Notes under the pieces: generated by a model
Told to the model about the DNA's origin: nothing
Seen by the model: the letters and a program-made list of their open reading frames with translations, nothing else
Databases searched by the model: none
Program-made: the position numbers and the translations under genes
From: Paludibacteraceae bacterium
GTDB taxonomy: Bacteria > Bacteroidota > Bacteroidia > Bacteroidales > Paludibacteraceae
Direction of reading: 5' to 3'
NCBI GenBank assembly: GCA_017959385.1
Contig: JAGDAS010000020.1
Span: 1-42,134 of the forward strand
Length of the DNA: 42,134 nt
In this document: one piece after another, positions 20,715 through 29,190 of the stretch
Numbering within the stretch: the first letter of the stretch is position 1
How the letters are laid out: every line of letters begins with the position of its first letter

Positions 20715-20726
20715 GTTTTTAATTCA

Positions 20727-22844
20727 TTACAAAAGATCGGCACGGCCTTTGGCTTCGGTTACGACAGCCTTGGCGATGGCGGTCGATACTTCGGCGTAGT
20801 GCGAGAACTCCATGGAGGAAGTGGCACGACCGGAAGAAATCGTACGCAAGTCGGTTACATAACCGAACATCTCTGCCAAAGGCACCTTGGCTTTCACCAC
20901 GCGGGCGCCGGAACGGTTGGACTCCATACCCTCCACCTGGCCGCGACGCTTGTTCAAGTCGCCGATAACGTCGCCCATGTACTCCTCGGGAGTAACCACT
21001 TCGACCTTCATAATCGGCTCCAACAAAACGGGCTTGGCCTTGGCACAAGCATTCTTGAATGCGATTTGGGCACAGATTTCGAACGAAACCTGATCAGAGT
21101 CAACGGGGTGGAACGAACCATCGACAACAACTACCTTCAGGCGGTCAACCGGGAAGCCGGCGAGCACACCGTTGCGCATAGCCATCTGGAAGCCCTTTTG
21201 GATGGAGGGGATAAACTCCTTGGGAATGTTGCCGCCCTTCACCTCGTCGATGAATTGGAGATCGCCTTCGAAATCGTCGTCGGCGGGACCCACCTTCAGG
21301 ATCATATCGGCGAACTTACCACGACCACCGGACTGCTTCTTGTAAACCTCACGGAGGTCAACCGTCTGCTTGATGGCTTCCTTGTAGGAAACTTGGGGAC
21401 GGCCCTGGTTGCATTCCACCTTGAATTCACGCTTCAGGCGGTCGATGATAATATCCAAGTGCAACTCACCCATACCGCTGATAATGGTCTGGCCGGACTG
21501 CTCGTCGGTGCGGACCGTAAAGGTAGGATCCTCCTCAGCCAACTTGGCCAAACCGTTGTCGAGTTTGTCCAAGTCCTTTTGGGTCTTGGGCTCGATGGCG
21601 ATCGAGATAACGGGATCGGGGAACTCCATGGACTCGAGTGTGATCGGATGCTCCTCATCGCACAAAGTATCGCCCGTGCGGATTTCCTTGAAACCTACGC
21701 CGGCACCTATATCACCTGCCGCAATGCAGTCAACCGGGTTCTGGTGGTTGGAGTGCATTTGGAACAGACGGGAGATACGCTCTTTCTTGCCCGAACGTGT
21801 ATTGAATACATACGAACCGGCGTCGATCTTACCGGAATATACGCGGAAGAAGCACAGACGGCCTACATAGGGGTCGGTGGCAATCTTGAACGCCAAAGCG
21901 CAGAGCGGCTCATCCTCATCCGGGTGACGGACAATTTCCACCTCGGCATCGTGCACATCGTGGCCGATGATTTCGGCGGTGTCCAGCGGGCTGGGCAGGT
22001 AGGCGCAAACAGCCTCCAACATGGTCTGCACACCTTTGTTCTTGAACGAAGAACCACAGATCATCGGGTTAATCTTCATATCCAGGGTACCCTTGCGGAT
22101 GGCACGTTTGATTTCCTCTTCGGTAATCGTAGAGGGATCCTCAAAGTACTTCTCCATCAGCTGGTCGTCGAACTCGGCGATGGCATCAAGCATTTTGGTG
22201 CGCCATTCTTCGGCTTCGGCCTTGAGCTCGTCGGGAATTTCCTCGGTCGAGTACTCGGCACCCATGGTTTCATCGTGCCAGAGGATGGCCTTCATCTTGA
22301 TCAGATCGACAACACCCTTGAAGGTCTCTTCGCGGCCGATAGGAATCTGGATGGCTACGGGCGTAGCACCCAATACGTCATGCACCTGGCGCACTACATC
22401 AAAGAAGTCGGCACCGGAACGGTCCATCTTGTTGACATAGCAAATACGCGGAACATGATATTTCTCCGCCTGATGCCATACCGTTTCGGACTGGGGCTCA
22501 ACACCGCCTACCGCACAGAAAGTGGCAACCGCACCGTCCAGAATACGCAGCGAACGCTCTACCTCAACGGTAAAGTCAACGTGTCCCGGAGTGTCAATCA
22601 GGTTGATCTTGTACTTTTTGTCATTGTACTTCCAATAAGCCGTGGTGGCGGCGGAGGTAATCGTGATACCACGCTCCTGCTCCTGGGCCATCCAGTCCAT
22701 GGTGGCGGCGCCGTCATGAACCTCACCGATCTTGTGCGTCAAACCCGTATAGAACAGGATACGCTCGGAAGTGGTGGTCTTACCGGCATCGATGTGAGCC
22801 ATGATACCGATGTTTCTCGTAAAATGTAAATCTGCTTTAGCCAT
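20727..22844 (-). CDS. fusA: Elongation factor G
   Basis: 705 aa, [34 protein letters not shown]...; follows rpsL-rpsG. Confidence 0.98.
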   Translation of the reverse strand: MAKADLHFTRNIGIMAHIDAGKTTTSERILFYTGLTHKIGEVHDGAATMDWMAQEQERGITITSAATTAYWKYNDKKYKINLIDTPGHVDFTVEVERSLRILDGAVATFCAVGGVEPQSETVWHQAEKYHVPRICYVNKMDRSGADFFDVVRQVHDVLGATPVAIQIPIGREETFKGVVDLIKMKAILWHDETMGAEYSTEEIPDELKAEAEEWRTKMLDAIAEFDDQLMEKYFEDPSTITEEEIKRAIRKGTLDMKINPMICGSSFKNKGVQTMLEAVCAYLPSPLDTAEIIGHDVHDAEVEIVRHPDEDEPLCALAFKIATDPYVGRLCFFRVYSGKIDAGSYVFNTRSGKKERISRLFQMHSNHQNPVDCIAAGDIGAGVGFKEIRTGDTLCDEEHPITLESMEFPDPVISIAIEPKTQKDLDKLDNGLAKLAEEDPTFTVRTDEQSGQTIISGMGELHLDIIIDRLKREFKVECNQGRPQVSYKEAIKQTVDLREVYKKQSGGRGKFADMILKVGPADDDFEGDLQFIDEVKGGNIPKEFIPSIQKGFQMAMRNGVLAGFPVDRLKVVVVDGSFHPVDSDQVSFEICAQIAFKNACAKAKPVLLEPIMKVEVVTPEEYMGDVIGDLNKRRGQVEGMESNRSGARVVKAKVPLAEMFGYVTDLRTISSGRATSSMEFSHYAEVSTAIAKAVVTEAKGRADLL

Positions 22845-22862
22845 TTTGCTGGAATTGTCTGA

Positions 22863-23339
22863 TTAGAAACGGAAATGTGCAAAAGCACGGTTGGCCTCAG
22901 CCATACGGTGAATATCCTCTTTGCGCTTGAAAGCGCCGCCCTGGTTGTTATAGGCGTCCATGATCTCGGCAGCCAGCTTGTCGGCCATCGATTTTCCACC
23001 GCGCTTGCGGGAGAACTCGATCATGTTTTTCATGGAAATGGACTCCTTGCGGTCCGGACGGATCTCGGTCGGAACCTGGAAGGTGGCACCGCCGATACGG
23101 CGCGACTTCACTTCGACTTGAGGAGTAATATTTTCGAGGGCTTGTTTCCAAATCTCGATGGCGGTCTTTTCTTCATTGGCCATCTTGTTCTTGACGTTGT
23201 CAAGGGCGGAATAGAAAATGGTAAAGGCAGTAGACTTCTTGCCGTCATACATCAAGTGGTTGACGAACTTGGTTACCATTACTTCGCCGAAAACGGGATC
23301 GGGCAGAATGATCCGTTTTTTAGGAGTTGACTTTCTCAT
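22863..23339 (-). CDS. rpsG: 30S ribosomal protein S7
   Basis: [36 protein letters not shown]...; 158 aa. Confidence 0.98.
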   Translation of the reverse strand: MRKSTPKKRIILPDPVFGEVMVTKFVNHLMYDGKKSTAFTIFYSALDNVKNKMANEEKTAIEIWKQALENITPQVEVKSRRIGGATFQVPTEIRPDRKESISMKNMIEFSRKRGGKSMADKLAAEIMDAYNNQGGAFKRKEDIHRMAEANRAFAHFRF

Positions 23340-23461
23340 TTGTTTTCTTAATTTATCCGTTTTGTTTTGGCTGTCGATGCTTCAAAAGGTTCCTCTGAAC
23401 CAATTTACTCAACCGAGTGTGCTCCAAATGTGCAAAACAGTATTAGTACTGTCGTTTATTC

Positions 23462-23845
23462 TTACTTCTTGGCTTCTTTAGGACGCTTGGCTCCGTATTT
23501 GGAACGACGCTGCGTACGACCGTTGACGCCTGCGGTATCCAAGGTTCCGCGAACAATGTGATAACGTACACCGGGAAGATCCTTGACACGGCCTCCGCGA
23601 ATCATCACGATCGAGTGCTCCTGCAGATTGTGACCCTCACCGGGACTGTAGGAGTTAACCTCTTTCTGATTGGTCAAGCGCACACGCGCAACCTTACGCA
23701 ATGCAGAATTAGGCTTTTTCGGCGTAGTGGTGTACACACGCACGCAAACACCGCGACGCTGCGGACACGAATCCAAGGCAGGAGCTTTGCTCTTGTCGGT
23801 CAGCACCGTTCTTCCCTTTCTTACTAACTGTTGAATAGTAGGCAT
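23462..23845 (-). CDS. rpsL: 30S ribosomal protein S12
   Basis: [55 protein letters not shown]... Confidence 0.98.
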   Translation of the reverse strand: MPTIQQLVRKGRTVLTDKSKAPALDSCPQRRGVCVRVYTTTPKKPNSALRKVARVRLTNQKEVNSYSPGEGHNLQEHSIVMIRGGRVKDLPGVRYHIVRGTLDTAGVNGRTQRRSKYGAKRPKEAKK

Positions 23846-23905
23846 TTGAACTTTGTTTAATTAATAAATTGTATCTAATATTTCGTCTAAACACTTTTGG
23901 GACTG

Positions 23906-23936
23906 CAAAGGTAGGCAAAGTTTTTTGCCCGGCAAA
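23906..23936 (-). promoter_or_regulatory. Candidate Bacteroidota sigma-A promoter for rpsL and the downstream array
   Basis: Minus strand reads TTTG (23936-23933) - N19 - TACCTTTG (23913-23906). The boxes and spacing match TTTG-N19-21-TAnnTTTG, about 60 nt upstream of the rpsL ATG. Confidence 0.55.
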
Positions 23937-23975
23937 ATAATTTTCAATTTTTTTAACTTAATGATACTGATTTTC

Positions 23976-24290
23976 TTAGGCTTCGCCCTGCATACCCGGA
24001 AAACCGGCCGGAAACTTCAGCTTCTGTTCCGCCAGTTTGATGGTACCGAACTGCTCCTCATAATGCTGTACGTTGTCGGCCAAAGCCTTCAGCAAACGCT
24101 TGGTCTGTTCGGCATTCATCACGACACGTGACTTCACCTTCGCCTTGGGAGCGCCGGGCATCACGCGGACAAAATCCAACACGAACTCGCTGGGTGAATG
24201 ACTGATAATGGCCAGGTTGGCATACGTTCCCTCTGCCACTTCGGCGGGGAGTTCGATATTCAACGACGGTTTCTTTTCTTCTTCCTTCAT
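23976..24290 (-). CDS. DUF3467 domain-containing protein
   Basis: 104 aa, ...NIELPAEVAEGTYANLAIISHSPSEFVLDFVRVMPGAPKAKVKSRVVMNAEQTKRLLKAL... This is the pattern I associate with DUF3467. Confidence 0.75.
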   Translation of the reverse strand: MKEEEKKPSLNIELPAEVAEGTYANLAIISHSPSEFVLDFVRVMPGAPKAKVKSRVVMNAEQTKRLLKALADNVQHYEEQFGTIKLAEQKLKFPAGFPGMQGEA

Positions 24291-24318
24291 ATTGTGGATT
24301 TTAAGATAAATGAATGCG

Positions 24319-24326
24319 CAAAACTA
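24319..24326 (-). promoter_or_regulatory. Candidate -7 box TAGTTTTG for the DUF3467 gene
   Basis: Exact TAnnTTTG match on the minus strand, 28 nt upstream of ATG 24290. Confidence 0.4.
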
Positions 24327-24419
24327 CAAAAAAGATCGAAATCCGCCATACGCCCTATATAATATAGGTGTAATCAGGAACGCTTTCGATAAAAATTTGG
24401 TCGAATGCCGGCAAAAAAG

Positions 24420-24427
24420 TATATTTG
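24420..24427 (+). promoter_or_regulatory. Candidate -7 box TATATTTG for the 7TM-HD gene
   Basis: Exact TAnnTTTG match, 17 nt upstream of ATG 24445. It lies inside the longer ORF-track reading frame (24310 start), which argues for the downstream start. Confidence 0.4.
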
Positions 24428-24444
24428 CTGAAAATTATGCTGCA

Positions 24445-26544
24445 ATGGCCGACACGAACAACAAGAAAAAACAAAAAATCTGGGAGGAGCTCCTGAAAAC
24501 CACGTTTTTCATCCTGACCATCGGAGTGATTGTCATCTGCCTTCCCGGCGAATCCAAATACAAATACCAGTTTGAGCTCGGCAAACCCTGGCAGTACGAT
24601 CTGCTGACCGCCCAATTCTCCTTTCCCATCTACAAATCGCAGAACGAGATTCGGACGGAACGCAACGCCATATTGGAACGATACACCCCCTATTACGACT
24701 GTGATTCGCTGGCCGGAGCCAAGCAGATCGATCTGATCAAACGCCATTTGACACAAGCGGAGGAGAATCTGGAAGACCCCGCCAATACGAAGGGAAAACG
24801 GGCTTTGCAACAACTCAGACGTTATCTTTCCGAAAAAATGGCTGTCATTTACGAAACGGGACTGGTCAACGACAACGACTACGCCAATATGGCCGAGAAA
24901 AAGGCGGCACTGGTCTTCATCACGCGCAACAACATCAGCAAAAGTTTCGGATTGGAGTCGGTCTATACCCGCCAGACCGCCATGCAGTACCTGCTGCAGA
25001 ATCTGCCGGACGGACTGACCGAAGACCTGCTGACCCAACACGGCGTAGCTGGCTACCTGCAGCCCAACCTGTTCTACAATGCCGAACTGACCAACAAACT
25101 GAAAAACGAGGAATTGGAGAACCTCTCCCTGACTTCGGGCCTGGTTCAGGCAGGCGAACGCATTATCGACCGGGGCGAGATTGTCAACGAACAACGCTAC
25201 AAAGTCCTGTGCTCACTGCGGCAGGCCACGGAGGAGCGGCAGGAGGAAACCACCAGCGACAACTGGCTGCTGCGCACCGGACAGGCGCTGCTTATCCTCT
25301 GCCTCATCGGCCTCTTCTATCTATACACGCGGATGTTCCGCAAACAGTTTTATGCGAGCAAGCGCTACATTGTGCTCATGTTGTCGCTGATCACCGTATT
25401 CGTCATCGCCACATCACTGATCATCCGGTTCTCCGGGCATGAGAAACTTGTGTACGCACTCCCCTATGCACTGCTCCCCATCATCGTAAGCACCTTTTTC
25501 GACACCCGCACGGGCCTTTACTCGCACATCGTCACCGTCATCATCTGCTCGATCATGGTCCCAATCCCCTTCGAGTTCCTGCTGCTGCAAATCACGGCGG
25601 GCATGGTCACCATCAACAGCCTGAGCGACTTATCCCAGCGCTCGCAGGTGATCCGGACGGCGCTGATTGTCGTATTTCTGTACGGGCTCATGTATTTCAG
25701 CTACTCGCTGACGCTGGGCGATGAGGCACTGGATATGGATTGGTCGATGTTCCTGCTGTTTGTGATCAACGGTATTCTGCTGTTGCTGGCCTACCCGCTC
25801 ATTTTCATGATCGAAAAGCTGTTCGGATTCATCTCGAATGTCACACTCATCGAACTGTCGAACATCAACACACCCATCCTGCGCCGGTTGTCCGAAACCG
25901 CCCCCGGCACGTTCCAACACTCGCTGCAAGTCTCCAACCTGGCCGCCGAGATCGCCGTCAAAGTCGATGCCAACCCCATGCTGGCACGTACCGGCGCCTT
26001 GTACCACGACATCGGCAAAATCAAGAATCCCGCCTTCTTCACCGAGAACCAGACAACAGGCGTCAACCCGCATGACAAGCTGAAGCCGGAGGAAAGCGCC
26101 GCCATCATCCTCAAACACGTCACGGACGGCATCGCCCTGGGCCGGGAGGTACAACTGCCCCGCAGCGTACTGCAGTTCATTTACACCCACCACGGCATGA
26201 ACAAAGTGCGGTATTTCTACAACACCTGGTGCAACAACCATCCGGACGAGAAGCCGAACGAGGCCCTGTTCACCTACGGAGGGCCGGAGCCCAACACCAA
26301 GGAGCAGGCCATCGTTATGATCTGCGATTCGGTCGAAGCCGCCTCGCGCAGTTTGAAGGAATACAACGACGAGAACATCAACCAACTGGTGGACCGCATC
26401 ACCGAGAGCCTCATCGCGGAGCACCACCTGGACAACGCACCGCTTACGCTGCGTCAGATCGGTGAAGCCAAGAGCGTGTTGAAGGACAAACTCAAGAACA
26501 TTTACCACACCCGCATCGCCTATCCTGAACTGAAACAGTCCTGA
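24445..26544 (+). CDS. 7TM receptor with intracellular HD/HDIG phosphohydrolase domain (PgpH/YqfF-like, possible cyclic-di-AMP phosphodiesterase)
   Basis: MADTNNKKKQKIWEELLKTTFFILTIGVIV..., an extracytoplasmic domain, about 7 TM helices, then HSLQVSNLAAEIA...GALYHDIGKIKNP...HHG. The ORF track allows an earlier ATG at 24310. Confidence 0.85.
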   Translation: MADTNNKKKQKIWEELLKTTFFILTIGVIVICLPGESKYKYQFELGKPWQYDLLTAQFSFPIYKSQNEIRTERNAILERYTPYYDCDSLAGAKQIDLIKRHLTQAEENLEDPANTKGKRALQQLRRYLSEKMAVIYETGLVNDNDYANMAEKKAALVFITRNNISKSFGLESVYTRQTAMQYLLQNLPDGLTEDLLTQHGVAGYLQPNLFYNAELTNKLKNEELENLSLTSGLVQAGERIIDRGEIVNEQRYKVLCSLRQATEERQEETTSDNWLLRTGQALLILCLIGLFYLYTRMFRKQFYASKRYIVLMLSLITVFVIATSLIIRFSGHEKLVYALPYALLPIIVSTFFDTRTGLYSHIVTVIICSIMVPIPFEFLLLQITAGMVTINSLSDLSQRSQVIRTALIVVFLYGLMYFSYSLTLGDEALDMDWSMFLLFVINGILLLLAYPLIFMIEKLFGFISNVTLIELSNINTPILRRLSETAPGTFQHSLQVSNLAAEIAVKVDANPMLARTGALYHDIGKIKNPAFFTENQTTGVNPHDKLKPEESAAIILKHVTDGIALGREVQLPRSVLQFIYTHHGMNKVRYFYNTWCNNHPDEKPNEALFTYGGPEPNTKEQAIVMICDSVEAASRSLKEYNDENINQLVDRITESLIAEHHLDNAPLTLRQIGEAKSVLKDKLKNIYHTRIAYPELKQS

Positions 26545-26594
26545 ACGCGGTCGTCATTTGCGGCGAAATGCTTGGCATTGTTCGAGGATTGCAT

Positions 26595-26602
26595 TATATT
26601 TG
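26595..26602 (+). promoter_or_regulatory. Candidate -7 box TATATTTG for the mlaE-led gene run
   Basis: Exact TAnnTTTG match in the 89-nt gap after the HD gene, 31 nt upstream of ATG 26634. Confidence 0.4.
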
Positions 26603-26633
26603 CACCTTGAAATAAATACGAGTATAGTCGATT

Positions 26634-27374
26634 ATGGGATTTTTTGAGAGTATCGGCCGCTATGCGGAACTCATGTTCGAGGTGTTCTCCAAACCACAAC
26701 GCTGGCGGTTGTTGGGAAGGCAGGTGGTCAAGGAAATCGAGAAACTGGGCATTGATTCCCTCGGCATCACCATCATCATCTCCTTCTTTATCGGAACCGC
26801 CATCACCACCCAAATGGTATTGAACACGGAAAACCCGCTGCTGCCCAAATATGTAACTGGTCTGACCACACGCGAAACCCTGCTGCTGGAGTTCTCCTCC
26901 ACGATTCTCTGCCTGATTCTGGCAGGCAAGGTTGGCTCCAATATCGCCTCGGAAATCGGCACCATGCGCATCACCGAACAAATTGACGCTCTCAAAATCA
27001 TGGGGGTCAATGCAGCGAACTATCTCATCCTGCCCAAGATCATCGGTTTTGTCGTTATCGTACCCGTACTGGTTATCTTCAGTATGTTCGTCGGCCTGCT
27101 CGGCGGCTACCTGGTGGGATTCACGTCGGGCATCATCCAACCATCGGTCTATGTCATGGGCATCCAATATGCCTTCAACCCCTTCTACGTAACCTATTCG
27201 CTGGTCAAATCGCTGTTCTTCGCCTTCATAATCGCCTCGACGGCCTCCTACTACGGCTATTATGCCTACGGCGGTGCGCTCGAGGTCGGAAAGGCAAGCA
27301 CGAAAGCCGTGGTCAACAGCAGTATCATCATCCTGTTGTTCAATGTATTGCTAACCAATATCATGCTGGTATGA
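26634..27374 (+). CDS. mlaE: MlaE-family ABC transporter permease
   Basis: 246 aa with the signature EIGTMRITEQIDALKIMGVN and multiple TM helices. Confidence 0.88.
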   Translation: MGFFESIGRYAELMFEVFSKPQRWRLLGRQVVKEIEKLGIDSLGITIIISFFIGTAITTQMVLNTENPLLPKYVTGLTTRETLLLEFSSTILCLILAGKVGSNIASEIGTMRITEQIDALKIMGVNAANYLILPKIIGFVVIVPVLVIFSMFVGLLGGYLVGFTSGIIQPSVYVMGIQYAFNPFYVTYSLVKSLFFAFIIASTASYYGYYAYGGALEVGKASTKAVVNSSIIILLFNVLLTNIMLV

Positions 27375-28129
27375 TCGAAGTACGGAATGTAACCAAATCC
27401 TTTAACAACGTAACGGTCCTGCACAACATCTCCGCCACGTTCGAGGCCGGCAAGACCAACCTGATTATCGGTCAGAGCGGTTCCGGCAAGACGGTGCTGA
27501 TGAAAAGCATCATCGGTATTCACCGCGTGGACGAAGGACAGATTCTGTACAACGGCCGCGACTTCACCTCGATGAACCGCAAAGAGGTGGTGGACCTGCG
27601 TCAGGAGGTCGGCATGCTGTTTCAAGGCTCCGCCCTGTTCGATTCCATGACTGTGGAGGAGAATGTACGCTTCCCGCTGGAAATGTTCTCGCAAAAGCCG
27701 CAGGAACAGTGGAAGGAACGTGTTGACTTCTGTCTGAACCGCGTGGGGCTTTCCCATGCCGCCAAACTTTTCCCGTCCGAGATTTCGGGCGGTATGCAGA
27801 AACGGGCCGCCATTGCCCGCGCCATTGTACTGGAACCGACCTACCTGTTCTGCGACGAGCCGAACTCCGGTCTGGACCCCAAAACCTCGCTGACCATCGA
27901 CCAGCTGATCCGCGAAATCACGGTCGAGAACAACATCACCACCATCATAAACACACACGACATGAACTCGGTGATGGAAATCGGCGACAAGATCATCTTC
28001 ATCCACAAAGGGCACAAATCGTGGGAAGGCAGCAAAGAGTCCATCTTTGATGCCGACAACGAAGACCTCAACGCTCTGGTATTCGCATCCAAGCTGTTCC
28101 AAAACGTCAAGAAATACCACAACCGATAA
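27371..28129 (+). CDS. mlaF: ABC transporter ATP-binding protein (MlaF-like)
   Basis: Walker A GQSGSGKT, signature ISGGMQKRAAIARA, Walker B LFCDEP. Its ATG overlaps the mlaE TGA (ATGA). Confidence 0.88.
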   Translation: MIEVRNVTKSFNNVTVLHNISATFEAGKTNLIIGQSGSGKTVLMKSIIGIHRVDEGQILYNGRDFTSMNRKEVVDLRQEVGMLFQGSALFDSMTVEENVRFPLEMFSQKPQEQWKERVDFCLNRVGLSHAAKLFPSEISGGMQKRAAIARAIVLEPTYLFCDEPNSGLDPKTSLTIDQLIREITVENNITTIINTHDMNSVMEIGDKIIFIHKGHKSWEGSKESIFDADNEDLNALVFASKLFQNVKKYHNR

Positions 28130-28132
28130 ACC

Positions 28133-28903
28133 ATGCGCATCTACTCCTACAACGTAAACGGCATCCGTGCCGCCCTAACCAAGGGACTGGCCGACTGGAT
28201 TACCCGGGAACAGCCGGATGTACTCTGTCTGCAGGAGACCAAGGCCCAACCGGAACAGATCGATCAGGCTTTGTTCGAGCGGCTGGGCTATCAGGGCTAC
28301 TATTACTCGGCCGACAAAAAGGGATACAGCGGGGTGGCCGTCTTATGCAAACAAACACCGCGGCAGGTAACCTACGGCATGGGTATTCCCGAATATGACG
28401 CGGAAGGACGCGCACTCCGGGTGGATTTCGACCAGGTCAGCATATTGTGCGTATATGTTCCGTCCGGTACCAGCGGCGAGGTGCGTCAAGCCTTCAAGAT
28501 GGAATTTCTCAGCCGATTCGCCGGCTACATCGCCCAGTTGCGCAAGTCACACCCCAACCTGCTCGTATGCGGCGATTACAACATCGCCCACGAAGAACGG
28601 GACATCAACCATCCCGAACGTCAGATCGGTGTTTCGGGTTTTTTGCCGGAAGAGCGCCAATGGCTGACCGAATTTATATCGACCGGTATGATTGACACTT
28701 TCCGTGAATACGATCCGCGGCCGGAACAATACAGTTGGTGGAGCTACCGTGGCGGTGCACGCAGCCGCAATGCCGGATGGCGCATCGACTACCTACTGGC
28801 GGCCGAGCCGCTCCGCAGCAATCTGAAAGGAGCCGGTATCTGCCAGCAGGCGGTGCATTCGGACCATTGTCCGGTATTTGTCGAATTGGATTTTAAAGCA
28901 TAA
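28133..28903 (+). CDS. xth: Exodeoxyribonuclease III
   Basis: 256 aa, MRIYSYNVNGIRAALTKGLADWI...LCLQETKAQ...GDYNIAHEERD...SDHCPV. Confidence 0.92.
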   Translation: MRIYSYNVNGIRAALTKGLADWITREQPDVLCLQETKAQPEQIDQALFERLGYQGYYYSADKKGYSGVAVLCKQTPRQVTYGMGIPEYDAEGRALRVDFDQVSILCVYVPSGTSGEVRQAFKMEFLSRFAGYIAQLRKSHPNLLVCGDYNIAHEERDINHPERQIGVSGFLPEERQWLTEFISTGMIDTFREYDPRPEQYSWWSYRGGARSRNAGWRIDYLLAAEPLRSNLKGAGICQQAVHSDHCPVFVELDFKA

Positions 28904-28905
28904 CC

Positions 28906-29190
28906 ATGGGATTCTTTCCGAAAACCGAAATACGCCAGTTCAACCTGAAGCCCCGCTACTACGATGAGCACAAGGAGCGCATCGCCCAGTCGCGGGAAAG
29001 AGTGCGCCGGCAATTGGGATTGGAGGAACGGGAGCAAACGTCAACCACCGTCCGTCCCACCGACCTGCACGGTGCCTTCCGTGACTCGCTGGACCGCACA
29101 CGCAGCGAAAAAAGACAGAAAATGGTGCTGGGACTGTCCGTAGGATTTTTATTGTTGCTCTTCGTCGTTTTCATGCATTATGTCCGCTAA
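28906..29190 (+). CDS. Hypothetical small protein with a C-terminal transmembrane anchor
   Basis: 94 aa with a charged N-terminal part (RYYDEHKERIAQSRERVRRQLGLEEREQ) and one C-terminal TM helix (MVLGLSVGFLLLLFVVFM). Third codon positions are host-like (C/G-rich). It starts 2 nt after xth and overlaps mutL by 11 nt. Confidence 0.55.
   Translation: MGFFPKTEIRQFNLKPRYYDEHKERIAQSRERVRRQLGLEEREQTSTTVRPTDLHGAFRDSLDRTRSEKRQKMVLGLSVGFLLLLFVVFMHYVR

Noticed and set aside
20700-22829. A 709-aa plus-strand ORF antisense to fusA.
   Set aside because: The explanation is the same. The ORF ends at TAA 22827-22829, the reverse complement of the TTA codon for Leu6 of EF-G. After that codon fusA contains no TTA, CTA or TCA codon at all. 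This is a neat readout of extreme codon bias, not a gene.
24291-24310. A DnaA-box-like TGTGGATTT at the strand-switch point (24.3 kb), considered as a possible replication origin.
   Set aside because: It is a single imperfect box with no cluster of boxes, no AT-rich unwinding element and no dnaA or dnaN nearby. The strand switch is explained by ordinary divergent promoters.
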